A DNA stretch of 64,000 nt from Takakia lepidozioides (taxonomy: Eukaryota > Plantae > Bryophyta), in the NCBI GenBank assembly GCA_030704615.1, contig CM060733.1, positions 6,448,001-6,512,000 on the forward strand. The letters run 5' to 3'. The notes beneath the pieces were generated by a model. It was not told where the DNA came from. It did not search any database and saw nothing but the letters and a program-made list of their open reading frames with translations. The position numbers and the translations under genes are program-made. Positions 12,900-24,200 of the stretch are shown here, piece after piece (positions within the stretch are counted from its first letter, which is position 1; each line of letters begins with the position of its first letter).

Positions 12900-15487
12900 T
12901 GAGTACACCGCGTGAGAGTTGGAGTGGCACGATGGTGGGACAATCGCAATCGCAAGGTGTGGCTTTTCCTTAATGTACGATGTGAAGAAGTTTGTCCATC
13001 CGGAAAATGTGGGCTCTTGGCTCCTCTTAGTACCATGATTTGGTATTCTTCCTTGTTTACAAAGTTCTTGGGAGAGTCAGCTTGGTCTTACCAGGCCGTG
13101 TTTCAATCTCTGCCTGCTCAGCTGCACCGTGGTGGTTCTCACCCAATCCGACATCACCTTGACTACAGACACAAGCAGCACACACAAGAGGTCCTTTTGG
13201 GTTGATGGTCGGTCAAATCCTCCATGGGTCGACATGACACAAGGTGTGGTGAGGGCATCTTCTTCTTCGACCTATTTCAGCGTGTTTTGCCCGCTCATCA
13301 GACTCGGCCCTAAGATGCATATTGCATTCTCTAAGTTAGCTCGTTGGGTGGATCTGTGGTGGTTTGGAGTGACTTTGACAAGTTACTGCCGATGTGGCAG
13401 CAGGAAAGTATCCATGAAGTTTTATGGACCCTCTTTGGATTTGTAAGAAGGTTTCACCGGGACTGTGTGCATCTTGTATTCAGGAATGTTAATGATGTTT
13501 CCCCAGACTGATGCCTTTGAGTACGTGCGCAAGGTACTGTGGAATTGCTGGCAGCTTGCGAGCTGGAAAACACAACCCTTGCGGAGCATTGTCAGCTGCT
13601 GTCTTGAAGACTGCTGCCGCCAGCAAAGAGCTTCAGGATCAGAAGGAAGATGAGTTCAGCTTCACGAGGTATCTCATTGTACTAATGCTTAGGTAGGTAG
13701 AAGAGCAGCTCCTTGGGATTTCAGTAATGATGTATTTGCTTATCCACTATATCTGTATCTTGGCAGCTTGGTAGCTGTCGGGCGTACTTCGAGCCATCCT
13801 TCCCCACGTCAGTAGCAGGAAACTATGTTGCTGGTATTCCTCAAGGGGCACAAGCGAAGGAAAGTATGTCATTTTGGGACCTTGCACGCAGCGTCTCTTC
13901 TACCACTGAAAAGGATTTGACCAAGTCTCGCCAATTCTCGAAATTCCAGTCCTCAACATGCTATTTTCACAGCTCTTGCTCTACTCGAAATTCAAATTGT
14001 GTTCCTTCGAACATATCATTACTCCAGAATCATGTGATTTACTCCTAGTGTGCAAACATTTGCTGTCTCCATAAATGTAATGTACATGACTGCCATATGG
14101 TGACATCACAGTTAGTTACCTTAGGCATTGGTGCCTGAATAACACAGCCTCCTGTCATATATATGCAGTGACCTTGCAGGGAGTATTAAGTAAGCAGGCC
14201 CACTACCTGCATTCAATGGCTAAATTGATTTCTGGCATCGCTACTATTTGCTTGCAACCCTCCAAAAGAAATGATTGGTGGGAAGTATGTGATGTTTATC
14301 CATCCCTAACTGAGACTGTACACCTTGCTGTGGCTTTGCAAACGTCCAGCTCACCAGGGATCTGGAATCGATGCCCTACATCTCGCTTGGGATGCTTTGC
14401 GTGCAGGCTGTGGGCTACATAATTCCTCTTATCACCGGTTAGTAGCTGACTGATCACCTAAGATCTCTGCTCACTAGTGTTTTTTTCCAGAGAAGTCCAA
14501 GATCACCAGATAAGCTCACAATGGAGGCCCTTTGGATCGACAGTTGGTCAAGCCATCCTTGGGTGAAAGTAGAGCTGGCTGCCATCATCCAAGCATAACC
14601 TGACCATTAAGGGCAAGCACAACCTGATGGCGGATCCAATGTCAATGTAAACCATGCTGTTCCATGTCAACAAATGTGATGGGTATTGTTTTAAGACTTC
14701 TAACTCATACGTTCTAGATGACTCTGGGGGTTTGTACCCCTGTTAAATTGATAGCACGAAGCCTGTTGTCATGGAGAGATTTCCTTGAAATTTTGTATGG
14801 GAAGGTTTGCAACTAAGAATTTAGAGTCATGCAGGATGGCAGGCCTCAATCAAGCAAAATTGTTTGTTTAACATCAGACTTGCAATAGGGGAACTGCCTC
14901 CACCATCAGCACACCACCAACCTCTTGTGTCAATTGTGGGGATGTGAGGACGCTGTGGAAAACGGGCAGACCACAAGGTCCGCTGCACATTTTAAATGAG
15001 CACGACATTCGGGCAGACTGTAGTACTTATGTGTGCTTGTTGCCGGATTGTGTGAAAATGAGAAGCCTAGCAGAGGGAAAGCAATTTATACCCACATTAT
15101 CCAAAGCAGATTCAAGCCAAACATCAGCCTCCTGCTCAACATCATTGTCAACATACATGCCAAGTGTGGGAGCCTGGTTGATGCATGCTCAAGTGTTTGA
15201 CAAATGCCTGAACAGAATATGTTTACCTAGACTATAATGAGCACAGGATATGCTAAGCATGGGTGTGGAATGGAAGCTTGGGAGATTTATAAGCAACTGC
15301 AATTAGACAGGATGACACACAACAGGGTCACATTCATTTGTATTCTCAATGCATGTGCCAGCCAAGTAGCCCTGGAAAAGGGCAAAGAGGTCCATGCTGA
15401 CATCACCCAAGCTAGGATTGCCCCAAATATTATTCTGGAGACCACTCTAGTTGACATTTGGCTCTCTAGTTATATATGCCAAATGTG
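12900..15487 (+). pseudogene. Decayed PDF-motif plus PLS-class PPR gene relic, copy B
   Basis: WWDNRNRK|GT at 12933-12957; the intron and next exon are paralogous to 7500-7780 (DYRHK..LWVDGRSNPPWV ~13160-13230). SPRSPD..TMEALWIDSWSSHPWVKVEL at ~14490-14580. PPR repeats at 14930-15487 end at YAKC, where an LTR-like repeat starts. Confidence 0.7.
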
Positions 15488-16044
15488 TGTCGCATACATA
15501 TTGCTACACAACTACATCGTTATCCAAAACCACACAACATATGTGGACACCACACACTAGTGTACCACTAGTCCACCACTAGTCCAACCATTAGTCCAAC
15601 CACTAGGCTGCCACTAGTCAATCGGTAGGCTGCCCACTATGGCAGTTACTAGTCCATCACAATGATAAAGATGAAGAATACAAGCACAAGCTCATGCGAC
15701 GCGCCATAGTTAGGCGCTGTGAGGCTCAACTCGAGAAAGATGAGCCTCCCGCGCTTGCCATGAAGATAACCACTCCAGGGCCTAAATCTGCCTTGACCCC
15801 TGGATTGACACTTGGGCCAATCCCAAATGTCAATATATAAAAGCTAGCTATTTCCTAGCTAGTTTCACACTAGTGGTGAAATAACTTGACAGCTGTCGTG
15901 CGCATACATATAGCTACACAACTACATCGCTATCCAAAACCACACAACACATGTGCACACCACTAGTCCACCACTAGTCCAACTACTAGGCTATCACTAG
16001 TCAGTCGTTAGGGTGTCCACTATGGCAGTCACTAGTCCACCACA
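15488..16044 (-). repeat. Two short TG...CA direct repeats (15488-15661 and 15894-16044): probable LTR(s) of the minus-strand Gypsy
   Basis: Both share CGCATACATA..GCTACACAACTACATCG..CCACTAGTCC. A purine tract (reverse complement of GCCCCCCTAG, ~16048-16057) abuts the right-hand copy, as expected for a PPT. Confidence 0.65.
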
Positions 16045-17719
16045 ATCGCCCCCCTAGCTGGTGCTTAGGTCCCTCTAAGTCTAGCCACAAGATGTGATAG
16101 TGACCGTAGCCTCACTAAGTCCTCTACCACTGTCCCTACTACACTCAAACTCGATAGATCAAGAGGGCGGGTGCAAGAGTTGCCCCATCGTTAGTCGCCA
16201 TCTTGCAACCTGTGAACTTGAGCCTGGGATCTCGTGTATTGACTCCTATGAGTTTGGCCTCCTATAGCTGCCACTAGTCATATCCACTGCCACTATCCCA
16301 AGCAGTGTGGACATAACTAATCTCCATTAGGAACCTTCTCAAGAGGTGGTGTCAAGCATCCCATATGCCAATCTCTTGAGCATCGATCACACACTAGCAT
16401 GGTGGCTGCCCCTTTGGCAGACCCACAGAGCATGCACCTCAAACCTGCAGGTACCACTGCCAAGTTTGGGTCAACTCTGCCATCGACATTGGAAAGGTGA
16501 CATGGCGCACCAATTACACACATGATCCTTCCAAGTCATGTCATCCCGACCCTCCAAGATCAACTCCTGAGGCAACACCTCTCGACCCTTAGAATAGCAT
16601 GCCCTGCAGTCACATCCAGGGTCGTAGGAGCAGTCTGCTGCAAATAAACATAGTCACCAAGGCTAAACCTCCGAACCCCAGGACGATATCCTCCACCACG
16701 TATAGTAGTATACCTCAACGTGTCACGGTGTTGTGCAATGGCCAGGTTCTCAAAAGCTATGGGCATGACTTAAAAAGGCAGATGCATGCCATCCCGGCAC
16801 CATCTCCTCGTCCGTCTCACCATGCCACCGAGCTCCAGTGTCATCCTACTGGCTCGTGTATGGATTGCAACTCAATCCATCCGCATCCCGATTGACCAAA
16901 CCCGGTCGATGCACCACTTGAACATGTCTCTCATGCTCCTCCACCGTAGCACGAGAGGCAAAGCAATTCATGGAAGCCCTCAGGAACTGCCATATACGTC
17001 GTCTCTCTCCTCTGATGACAATGGGTCCAATGTCAGGCTCCCAATTGTCCTCCGTAACTGCAACCTTAAGTCCAACAGACTTAGAGGTAGGAGACGCGTC
17101 CCGTGGTTGCTATGCTGCAACCTCTTGAGCAGTACCACTGCTTGCTCTGTAAATGACAAGGCCTCATCCTACCCCATCATTTCATCCTTAAGGACCTCCT
17201 CAACCCGAGAAGAATCCCCAACCTCATCCATCACTGCCGCCTTGGCTGCCAACTCCTTCTGAACCTTGAGCACCTCCCACGTGTGCCATGGATGTCTGAA
17301 CCCCATGGTCCTCACCTGCTTGCCCCCACTCACTGCTTGTACCGTCTCGGTAGGCAGGAAGTCTGTCAAGGGACATGTAGTGGGAGAAGTTGTCCGCAAC
17401 CTGCGCTGCTCAGCCATACTCAGGCTAATGATCCCGGTCAAGCAATTAAGATCCATTGCTTGCCCCAACACATGATGACGTGATGCCTCAGATAGAGAAT
17501 GCACCGCCGTGGTCCCAGTGGAAAAACCCGTAGCCCACTCGCGCTCATCGGCATTAGGCTCCACTAACTGCTGCAACTGAGCATCCCACAGAAGGCCAGG
17601 TCCACTATCCCGAAAAGCATGTGATCCAGGAAAGCTGAGCAGTGTAGGTAGTGCTGCTCGTGGTTGACCCACCTTGTTGACCACTGCCAAAGGCAAACGG
17701 TTATCGTGTCTCACACGCT
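16045..17719 (-). mobile_element. Deleted Gypsy copy: DNMT C-terminal half, linker, RT/RH scraps, integrase tail and PHD finger
   Basis: 16955-17719 is homologous to 24136-24890. RT scrap at ~16912-16952, RH end HRPGLVNRDADGLS, IN tail 16560-16766 (ENLAIAQHRDTLRY...FSLGDYVYL), PHD ~16302-16440. Confidence 0.9.
16302..16440 (-). pseudogene. PHD finger (Cys4-His-Cys3) at the end of retroelement pol
   Basis: CMLC...MLVCDRCSRDWHMGCLTPPLEKVPNGD*LCPHC, where the conserved Trp has become TAG (16317-16319). Confidence 0.9.
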
Positions 17720-19818
17720 CACTACAGGAAAAGGGGGGCCTTGCGACACCCGAGCCACACCGCGGCCATGCCGCAGCGTCGGGAAACGCCCTTTTCGGGC
17801 ACGCGGCGAGCGCAGAATTTGCGACGTCCGGCCGTCGCCCGGCAGTCGCATGGGTGTCGCCAAAATGACGTCGCAAAAATGCGACGTATGGGGGTCGCGA
17901 GCCCCCGCCCCAACTCCCGCGACTGCCGGACGTTGCTTTTCAGGCTGTCCGCGCCGATGGCAGGGGCCTACGTCGAGCGACATCTCGCCGTCGCGGCCCT
18001 CCAGCCGACGGCGTTGGTGGGGGCGCCGGCGCGGCGTCGCATCCCCTTTTTTTTCTAACCTGCCCGGGAGTCCCATCCTAAAACCCAAAAACACGTGGCG
18101 TAAGCCAGTACGTCGCTGCAAGCGACTATTGGGCGTGACAAACAAAAACAGCAGGAGCAGGAGTCGGGCTCCGCCACGCCCGGGCGTGGGTTTTCGCGAC
18201 GTTATGGCGTTGTTTTTTTTTAATATTTAATCAAATAAAATAAAATGTGGCGCAGGCAGAGTGGCGGGCTCCGCGACGCCAGGGCGTCGCAGCTTCCGAC
18301 CCCCGGTCCAAAAAAACACGTTGCAGGGGGTGTCGGGCGTTGCCGCCCGCAAATGGGTTTTGTGACGCCCGGCCGTCGCGGCTTGCGACCCCCGCCCAAA
18401 AAGCACGTCGCCATTGGCGACGTCCTGTAGTCGCGAGGGCAGCCTGGTGGGGGGGGGGGGTTTGGGGGTTGATTTTGGGGGTGAATTGGGGTGGTTTTTT
18501 GTTTTTTGTCTAGTTTTGTTTTTGGGGATGGGAGACCTTACAGTTCCATTTCTCTGATTTAGCAGGTACACAATTGAGCAAGCATGAATCGAGGGTGAGG
18601 ACGGTGTGACACATGAATAAGATGGAAGATGGAAATATGGAAATATATTTACAGGAAATGAGCTGAAAAGCTCACAAGGGTTCAATAGGCTTACCTTGGG
18701 ACCTACATGGACTAGGACTAGTCATCCTCATCCTCATCCTCAGTGGAGGTCTCAGAGCTATCCGATGAGCCTGATGACTCCGCGCCCTTTGCCAGAGCAC
18801 CTAAATGAGGCGGCGTTCCCCTAAGTCCCACAGAGCTCTCATCCAACCCCTGGCCATGACCCCCGACCTCATCCATACTAGTGCCCTGTAGTGCACTCAT
18901 CCCCTCCGTGTTGGCCATGTTCTTCATGAGGGATTGCCAACCATGCTCCTTAGCGTAGTTGTACTCTACCGGAGATGGCTTCCTCTCAAACGCGTGTTGC
19001 TACACATGCCATAAATTAAAGTCAGTTCTTCACGATGATGGAGCCAGAAAGAAGACATAAAAAAATCCATAGGGAGGTACGACTTACAAATCGCAAGATA
19101 AAAACCCTTGGATGCGCCGGCGCCCCACTTGTGTGTGGATTCGTGCTTGTCAAGGCGGACTGTTGTTGCTTCGCGTGCCCGGTCAAATTTGGCCTTGTTT
19201 GCGGCATCAGTCTCTCCCGCAATTAGTGCATCCCACGATACCTATGCCCCCCCCCCCCCCCCCCCAAAAACAATTAGTGAATTACACACATACGTTGCAT
19301 CGAATCCACCTCATTAATGCACATGCGACAAATGGAAGGTGACATGATTCAGGATTTGCCAACCTGTGTAATTCCATAAGGTGGTTTGGGTATGGCCCCC
19401 TTTTCCATTGCCGTCCGAATGATCTGTCTGGCACGGTACCTCTTGTCCTTCAAGTTTCACCCCACCATCTCTATCACCCTTGTGTCACTCCAATTGCCCG
19501 GAAACTGGCGGTCTAACTCATGGGCATACGCCCGCTTTGGCCAAAGTGCTGATCAGCCCACTCGATGTGCGAAGGGAACCACCTCAATGCGAGTTCGAAG
19601 GCTGGTTTCTTCAAGGCCTCCCATAACGCACCGTAGGGGTCACCATGGCAATTCACCTCCACCGGTGGCACCACGATCTTTACCAACTCCACGTCCTGTA
19701 TTGCCAAGGGCATGTTCTTCTTCCCACCCTCTCCCTTCTTTGTAGCCTCCTTCCCCTGCTCCTTTGTTACCCCCACTGCCCTCCCCCGTTTGCACACTCA
19801 CCCCTTCCTCTCCATGGG

Positions 19819-19849
<31 letters not shown>

Positions 19850-21000
19850 TTCCTTCCCCTTCCCCGCTACTTCCTCTCTCTCCTTCTCCCTCTCCCTTCT
19901 CTCTCTCTCCTCGGCAGCCCCTTCATTGATGGTAAAAGGGATCTCCGGAGATCGAGGCCTCTTCTTCTTACCTTTGGTGTTTGGGTCCTTCATGAACACC
20001 ACGTGCTCTCCCTCATTGGCAACCCCACTGGACTGCACCAATGAGGCCAGCCATGTTGTTGCCTCCTAAAGACAGATAACCCCTCCAAATTCAAAAAAAG
20101 AAACAAACAACAAAGAAAATCATGCATGCAAAGGAAAGGATAAATCATGGAACAAGGTGCGATAGTTGTACCTTTGCAAGCTTGTCCGACTCGCCCCCGG
20201 TGTCACCCGATGTGGTAGGAGTCCCCGTTGCCGGATGTGCCTGCTCTATCCCCTCCCGGAAGTAGACTCCAGATGTGGAGCATAGCCGGCGGGGGCGCCC
20301 CGTAGTCCAGGCGCTTCTTTGCTGACTGCTCAGGCTCAGGGGGCGGTGTCGCTGATCGGCTAGGCTGCTCCAAACCGTCCCATACCTCCTCCTCTCCCCC
20401 CCCAAATGCGTATCAGGGTAGAAGCCCTCACCCGGCTTGACTTCTTCAAGGCGCTTCGCTATCTTGGGCACTTCATTGGCCCTCCTCGTCTCCTCCTCCC
20501 TCATCGACAACAATGGGCTGGCAATGGAGGCTTTCAAAGGCCCTTGAACCTGACGTTGGGCCTTGGCAAGTGCAGCCTTTGCTGCGGAGGAAGGGGTCGC
20601 TATGGGGGTGACATCCAAAAGTTGCCCATACCGGGCCCCCGAATGGGTGTTGTGCTTGCCAAGGTACATTTCACCCGTCTTGGTGGCCGGGGGTGTGCTC
20701 AACTGAGCATCCGGCTCAGCAACAACCTCCCGAATAGAAGAGCTGGCTGAACCGGCCCCTGGCGCATCCAAGATGTGGACAAGAGGGGGGGTACTGACCT
20801 CGGGGGGCAGACGAGCCCTCTGGCTGCGGCTGTCGACGGGGCTGGTTAACCGTGAGACGCCCTGGCGCGTCACACGTGCCGGCAGAGCAAACGGATTGTC
20901 CGCCCCTTTCTTTGGGGCAGGGGACTTCTTCTCTTTCCCCATAAGCTGGCACCTTTCATCTATACCAAATGAGTCACCAGAGAATGAGGAATTACCTCCG
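17720..21000 (-). mobile_element. CACTA (En/Spm) transposon fragment, one terminus visible, with a decayed low-complexity TnpA/ORF2-like gene
   Basis: CACTACAGGAAAA starts exactly where Gypsy homology stops. GC-rich subterminal GCGAC/GTCGC repeats occur in both orientations at 17740-18440. Fragmented minus-strand K/E-rich ORFs lie at 18718-20942. No second TIR was found. Confidence 0.65.
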
Positions 21001-21271
21001 TAGGGGTTGTGACACTGGCAATCCTATCTATAATTTTTTCATCCATACCGGATGAAAAATACCAGGATAATAATTCATGTTATTCCTCCTTTATGCTTTT
21101 TTTCCGTACTGGATGAAGCTTTTTTTAAGGGGATGGTGAATTACCTGCTAGGATGAGAAACCAATGCCTTGGATGATATGTACTATTTTTCCATCCTACT
21201 GATGGACCTTCTCCAACTTGATGAACTTATTACCTTTTTCATCTAAACCAGATGAAAAATGCAGCTTATGG

Positions 21272-24200
21272 TCCAGCGCAAATCCAATGAGAGCTTGCGA
21301 GAGGCCTACACTCGTATGAGGCGCTTGATAAGTGTGACCCAAGGGGTTATTGAAGCTTAGGCAGTCCAGTTCTGGTATGGAATTTTGGACAAGGAGCTCA
21401 GGAGAAGGGTGCGGGATGTAACCCTGTTACAAGCGGCCCAACCCACATTAGCAGATGTGTTTCTGCTGGCTGAGCAGATTGAGCTCAACATGGTAGAGGA
21501 GCGAGTTGTTACCATTGGATTTGGCAAGGACATGCCTGCACGAGGCGCAGCTGCCAGCCAACACGTACAAGGGACTGCCCAACAGCGTGGTCAGGGGGGC
21601 AAGGTTGCCCAACCCAAATTCCATGGAGCTTACAGGGGACCTCAAGTGCAGAGGCCAGTAGCTTCTTTTGCAGGCCAACAACAACCAGGGGTGGTATGTT
21701 GGACATGTGGAGGACCCCATGTCAAGAAAGATTGCCCAGAAATTCGCAAAGGGCTGGCACAAGCACAGCCTGCACAGTTGCAGTGTGGGCATTGTGGCAA
21801 GTACGGGCATGGAGATGCCCAGTGTTATGACTTGCACCCTGAGTTGCGGCGAGGCCAGTTCCAAGGGAACAATGGTGGCTGAGGGCGAGGTGGAGCACCT
21901 CAGAGAGGACGAGGTGCTCAGGCACGAGGTGCAGGACAAGGGCAAGCACAGTATAGCCAAGGACGTGGAGGTCAGGGCGTTGACCAAGGTATGGCCAACC
22001 GGCTTCAGCAGCTAGAGCAAAGGCTCGCTGCCATGGCCACAGCTCAGGTGGTACCAGCTCCAAGACCTGAGGGTCCACCTCCTATTCCTCCTCAACAACG
22101 TCATCCTGACGGAGGAGACATGGGAGACATGGGATTTATGTGTGGGGCAGCACTACCACTAGTGCAGGTGGAGTCTGCTGCAGCCGTCACTCGAGGAGCA
22201 ACATGAGTTCCTAAGCCACGAGGTGCAGAGGTAGAGTTGGATTCACAACGTGGGGAGGCAAGCCGTCAGGCTAGGTTGCCTCAATCATTCATCTTGGCGG
22301 AGACAGTGTCGACAACATCCATGGTACCTAATTCTCGCCCCACGGATACCGAGGCGGAGGTTATTGTGCCATTGGGCAGAGCTACACGTGCAGCACTGAC
22401 ACCTGCTGCCAAGGCTAGTGCAGCCAGTGTGTTATTGGGGGCAGCCACCTCTGTGTGTCAGACCCCACTGTTCTTGGCAACCATGATTGCGACGCCGGGG
22501 GTAAGACCAGCTGCAGTGTTCAGACTAGCAGCGACACTCTGCGAGAGTGGGGAGGTCACTTCATCTTCTGCGGAGTTAGTGGAAGGTCTAGTGGCAGAGG
22601 GATCCTCGGATTTGAGGGTCAAGACTGCCACGGCTGCTCCATGGCAAGCTGCAGCTGCCAGGTTGACGGAGCTTCCAGCTAGGCCAGCCTTTGAGCGTGC
22701 CATGGTGACACCTGGAGTTGTCTTGTTAGACAACCAGGATGGCATTTTCTCTTTGAGTGGACCGGCAGGCAAGAGGTACCGGCCACTGCGGGTCTTGTTG
22801 GACTCGGGAGCTCAGCCACGATGTTGGGCAAAGCCGTTATTGCAGGTTTGGGCCTCATGGAGGCGGATATGGAGCCTTGTCCCTTCTAGATACAGACATC
22901 TCTGGGAGGATCAGAGCAGGCTCGGGGCATGACACGGCATGAGTTGGCCATTAGACTACAGCCGGATCATCCTATAGATGGCTCAGTGATGCGAGCCAAA
23001 GGCCTATGTGACAGACGCGGTCTCTTACGATGTCCTCGTTGGTGGGGCAGTGTTGTATCCCATGGGCTTCACCCTGGATTTTTGGGAGGAGTCAGCATCC
23101 TATAGGCCTGGATGGCAGTCAGGGGATGGTCCTCGTGTACAACTCCCTTTGACATTCATTGGGGGTGTTGCTGCTGCCCAACGGGGCAAGATGCCAACAC
23201 TAGCAGCCTTCACAGCTGCAGTTAGTTGGCCTGGAGAATTGCAGGAGGGCAATGCCCATGCCCACCTCCAGCAGAGCAGGATTACATGCATGGTACGGCG
23301 GAGTTGCCTGTCATGGTTGCTCACACTCCATTGTGGGGTACGAACAAGGATTTGCAGCAGGCTGCTGATAGACGGGTGCAACAAGCCTGGGTAGAGGCCT
23401 TTGTACCGTCAAGAGAGGAGGAGAGTGTGGTGATTGCACCAGGATCACCTCAGTTGTCGCCATTGGACACCACACCTCTTGTGTGGCAGTGCCCGGATGA
23501 AGGCATATGCCTTCTGGACTTGTTTGGCGGGATTAGCACTGGATAGGTGTACGAGTTCGACGTTACCTATATGTGGAGAGGGATGAGACTGCACGACGCG
23601 TCTCACTGCGCCATGTTGCTCAGTTCGTGCAGCAGTATCCTGATTTGTTGTCAGTGTCTACAGTTCGTGGATACCAACAAGCCTTGCCAGCAGACATCTC
23701 CTTGCTGGGGGTGCATGATTTGGAGCGGGTTGGCCCTATTCACTTAGTAGTGGCAGGTTGGCCCTGCCAAGGGCTTTCATCAGCTGGGTATGGCAATGGG
23801 TTACAAGACTCAAGGTCACGCCTGTTTTGGGAGATGTTGAGGGTCCTGCGCTATTTACAGCTTCAGCAGACAGACTCTCCGGCATATATCTTGGAGAATG
23901 TGCCATTGATGGGTGATTCTTGGGCCAAGGTGATGGCCAATGTATATCAAGTGCGGTCTGGGCTTGGGTCAGCAGTGTTGCTGGATGCAGCTGCAGCAGG
24001 GTCACGGGCTCATCGCCCACGACTATGGTGGACCAACTTGATGCCACCTGCATTGCTCAAGCGTGCATTTGATGGGGTGTAGCGGCCACCAAACCTGACG
24101 GTGGATAGCATTTTGGACATAGGGAGGCAGTCTCAGCGTGTGAGACACGATGACCGATCACCTTTGGCAGTGGTCAATAAGGTGGGTCACCCACGAGCAG

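Noticed and set aside
15570-16040. CCACTAGT short repeats as a CRISPR-like array
   Set aside because: The units are 8-11 bp with no unique spacers of regular length, lie inside LTR-like repeats, and are in a eukaryotic context.
17664-18685. Many overlapping Arg/Pro-rich ORFs
   Set aside because: They are a by-product of GC-rich CACTA subterminal repeats.
19640-20069. Poly-K/poly-F/poly-S ORFs
   Set aside because: They derive from a (CTT)n/CT microsatellite; at most part of the decayed CACTA ORF.
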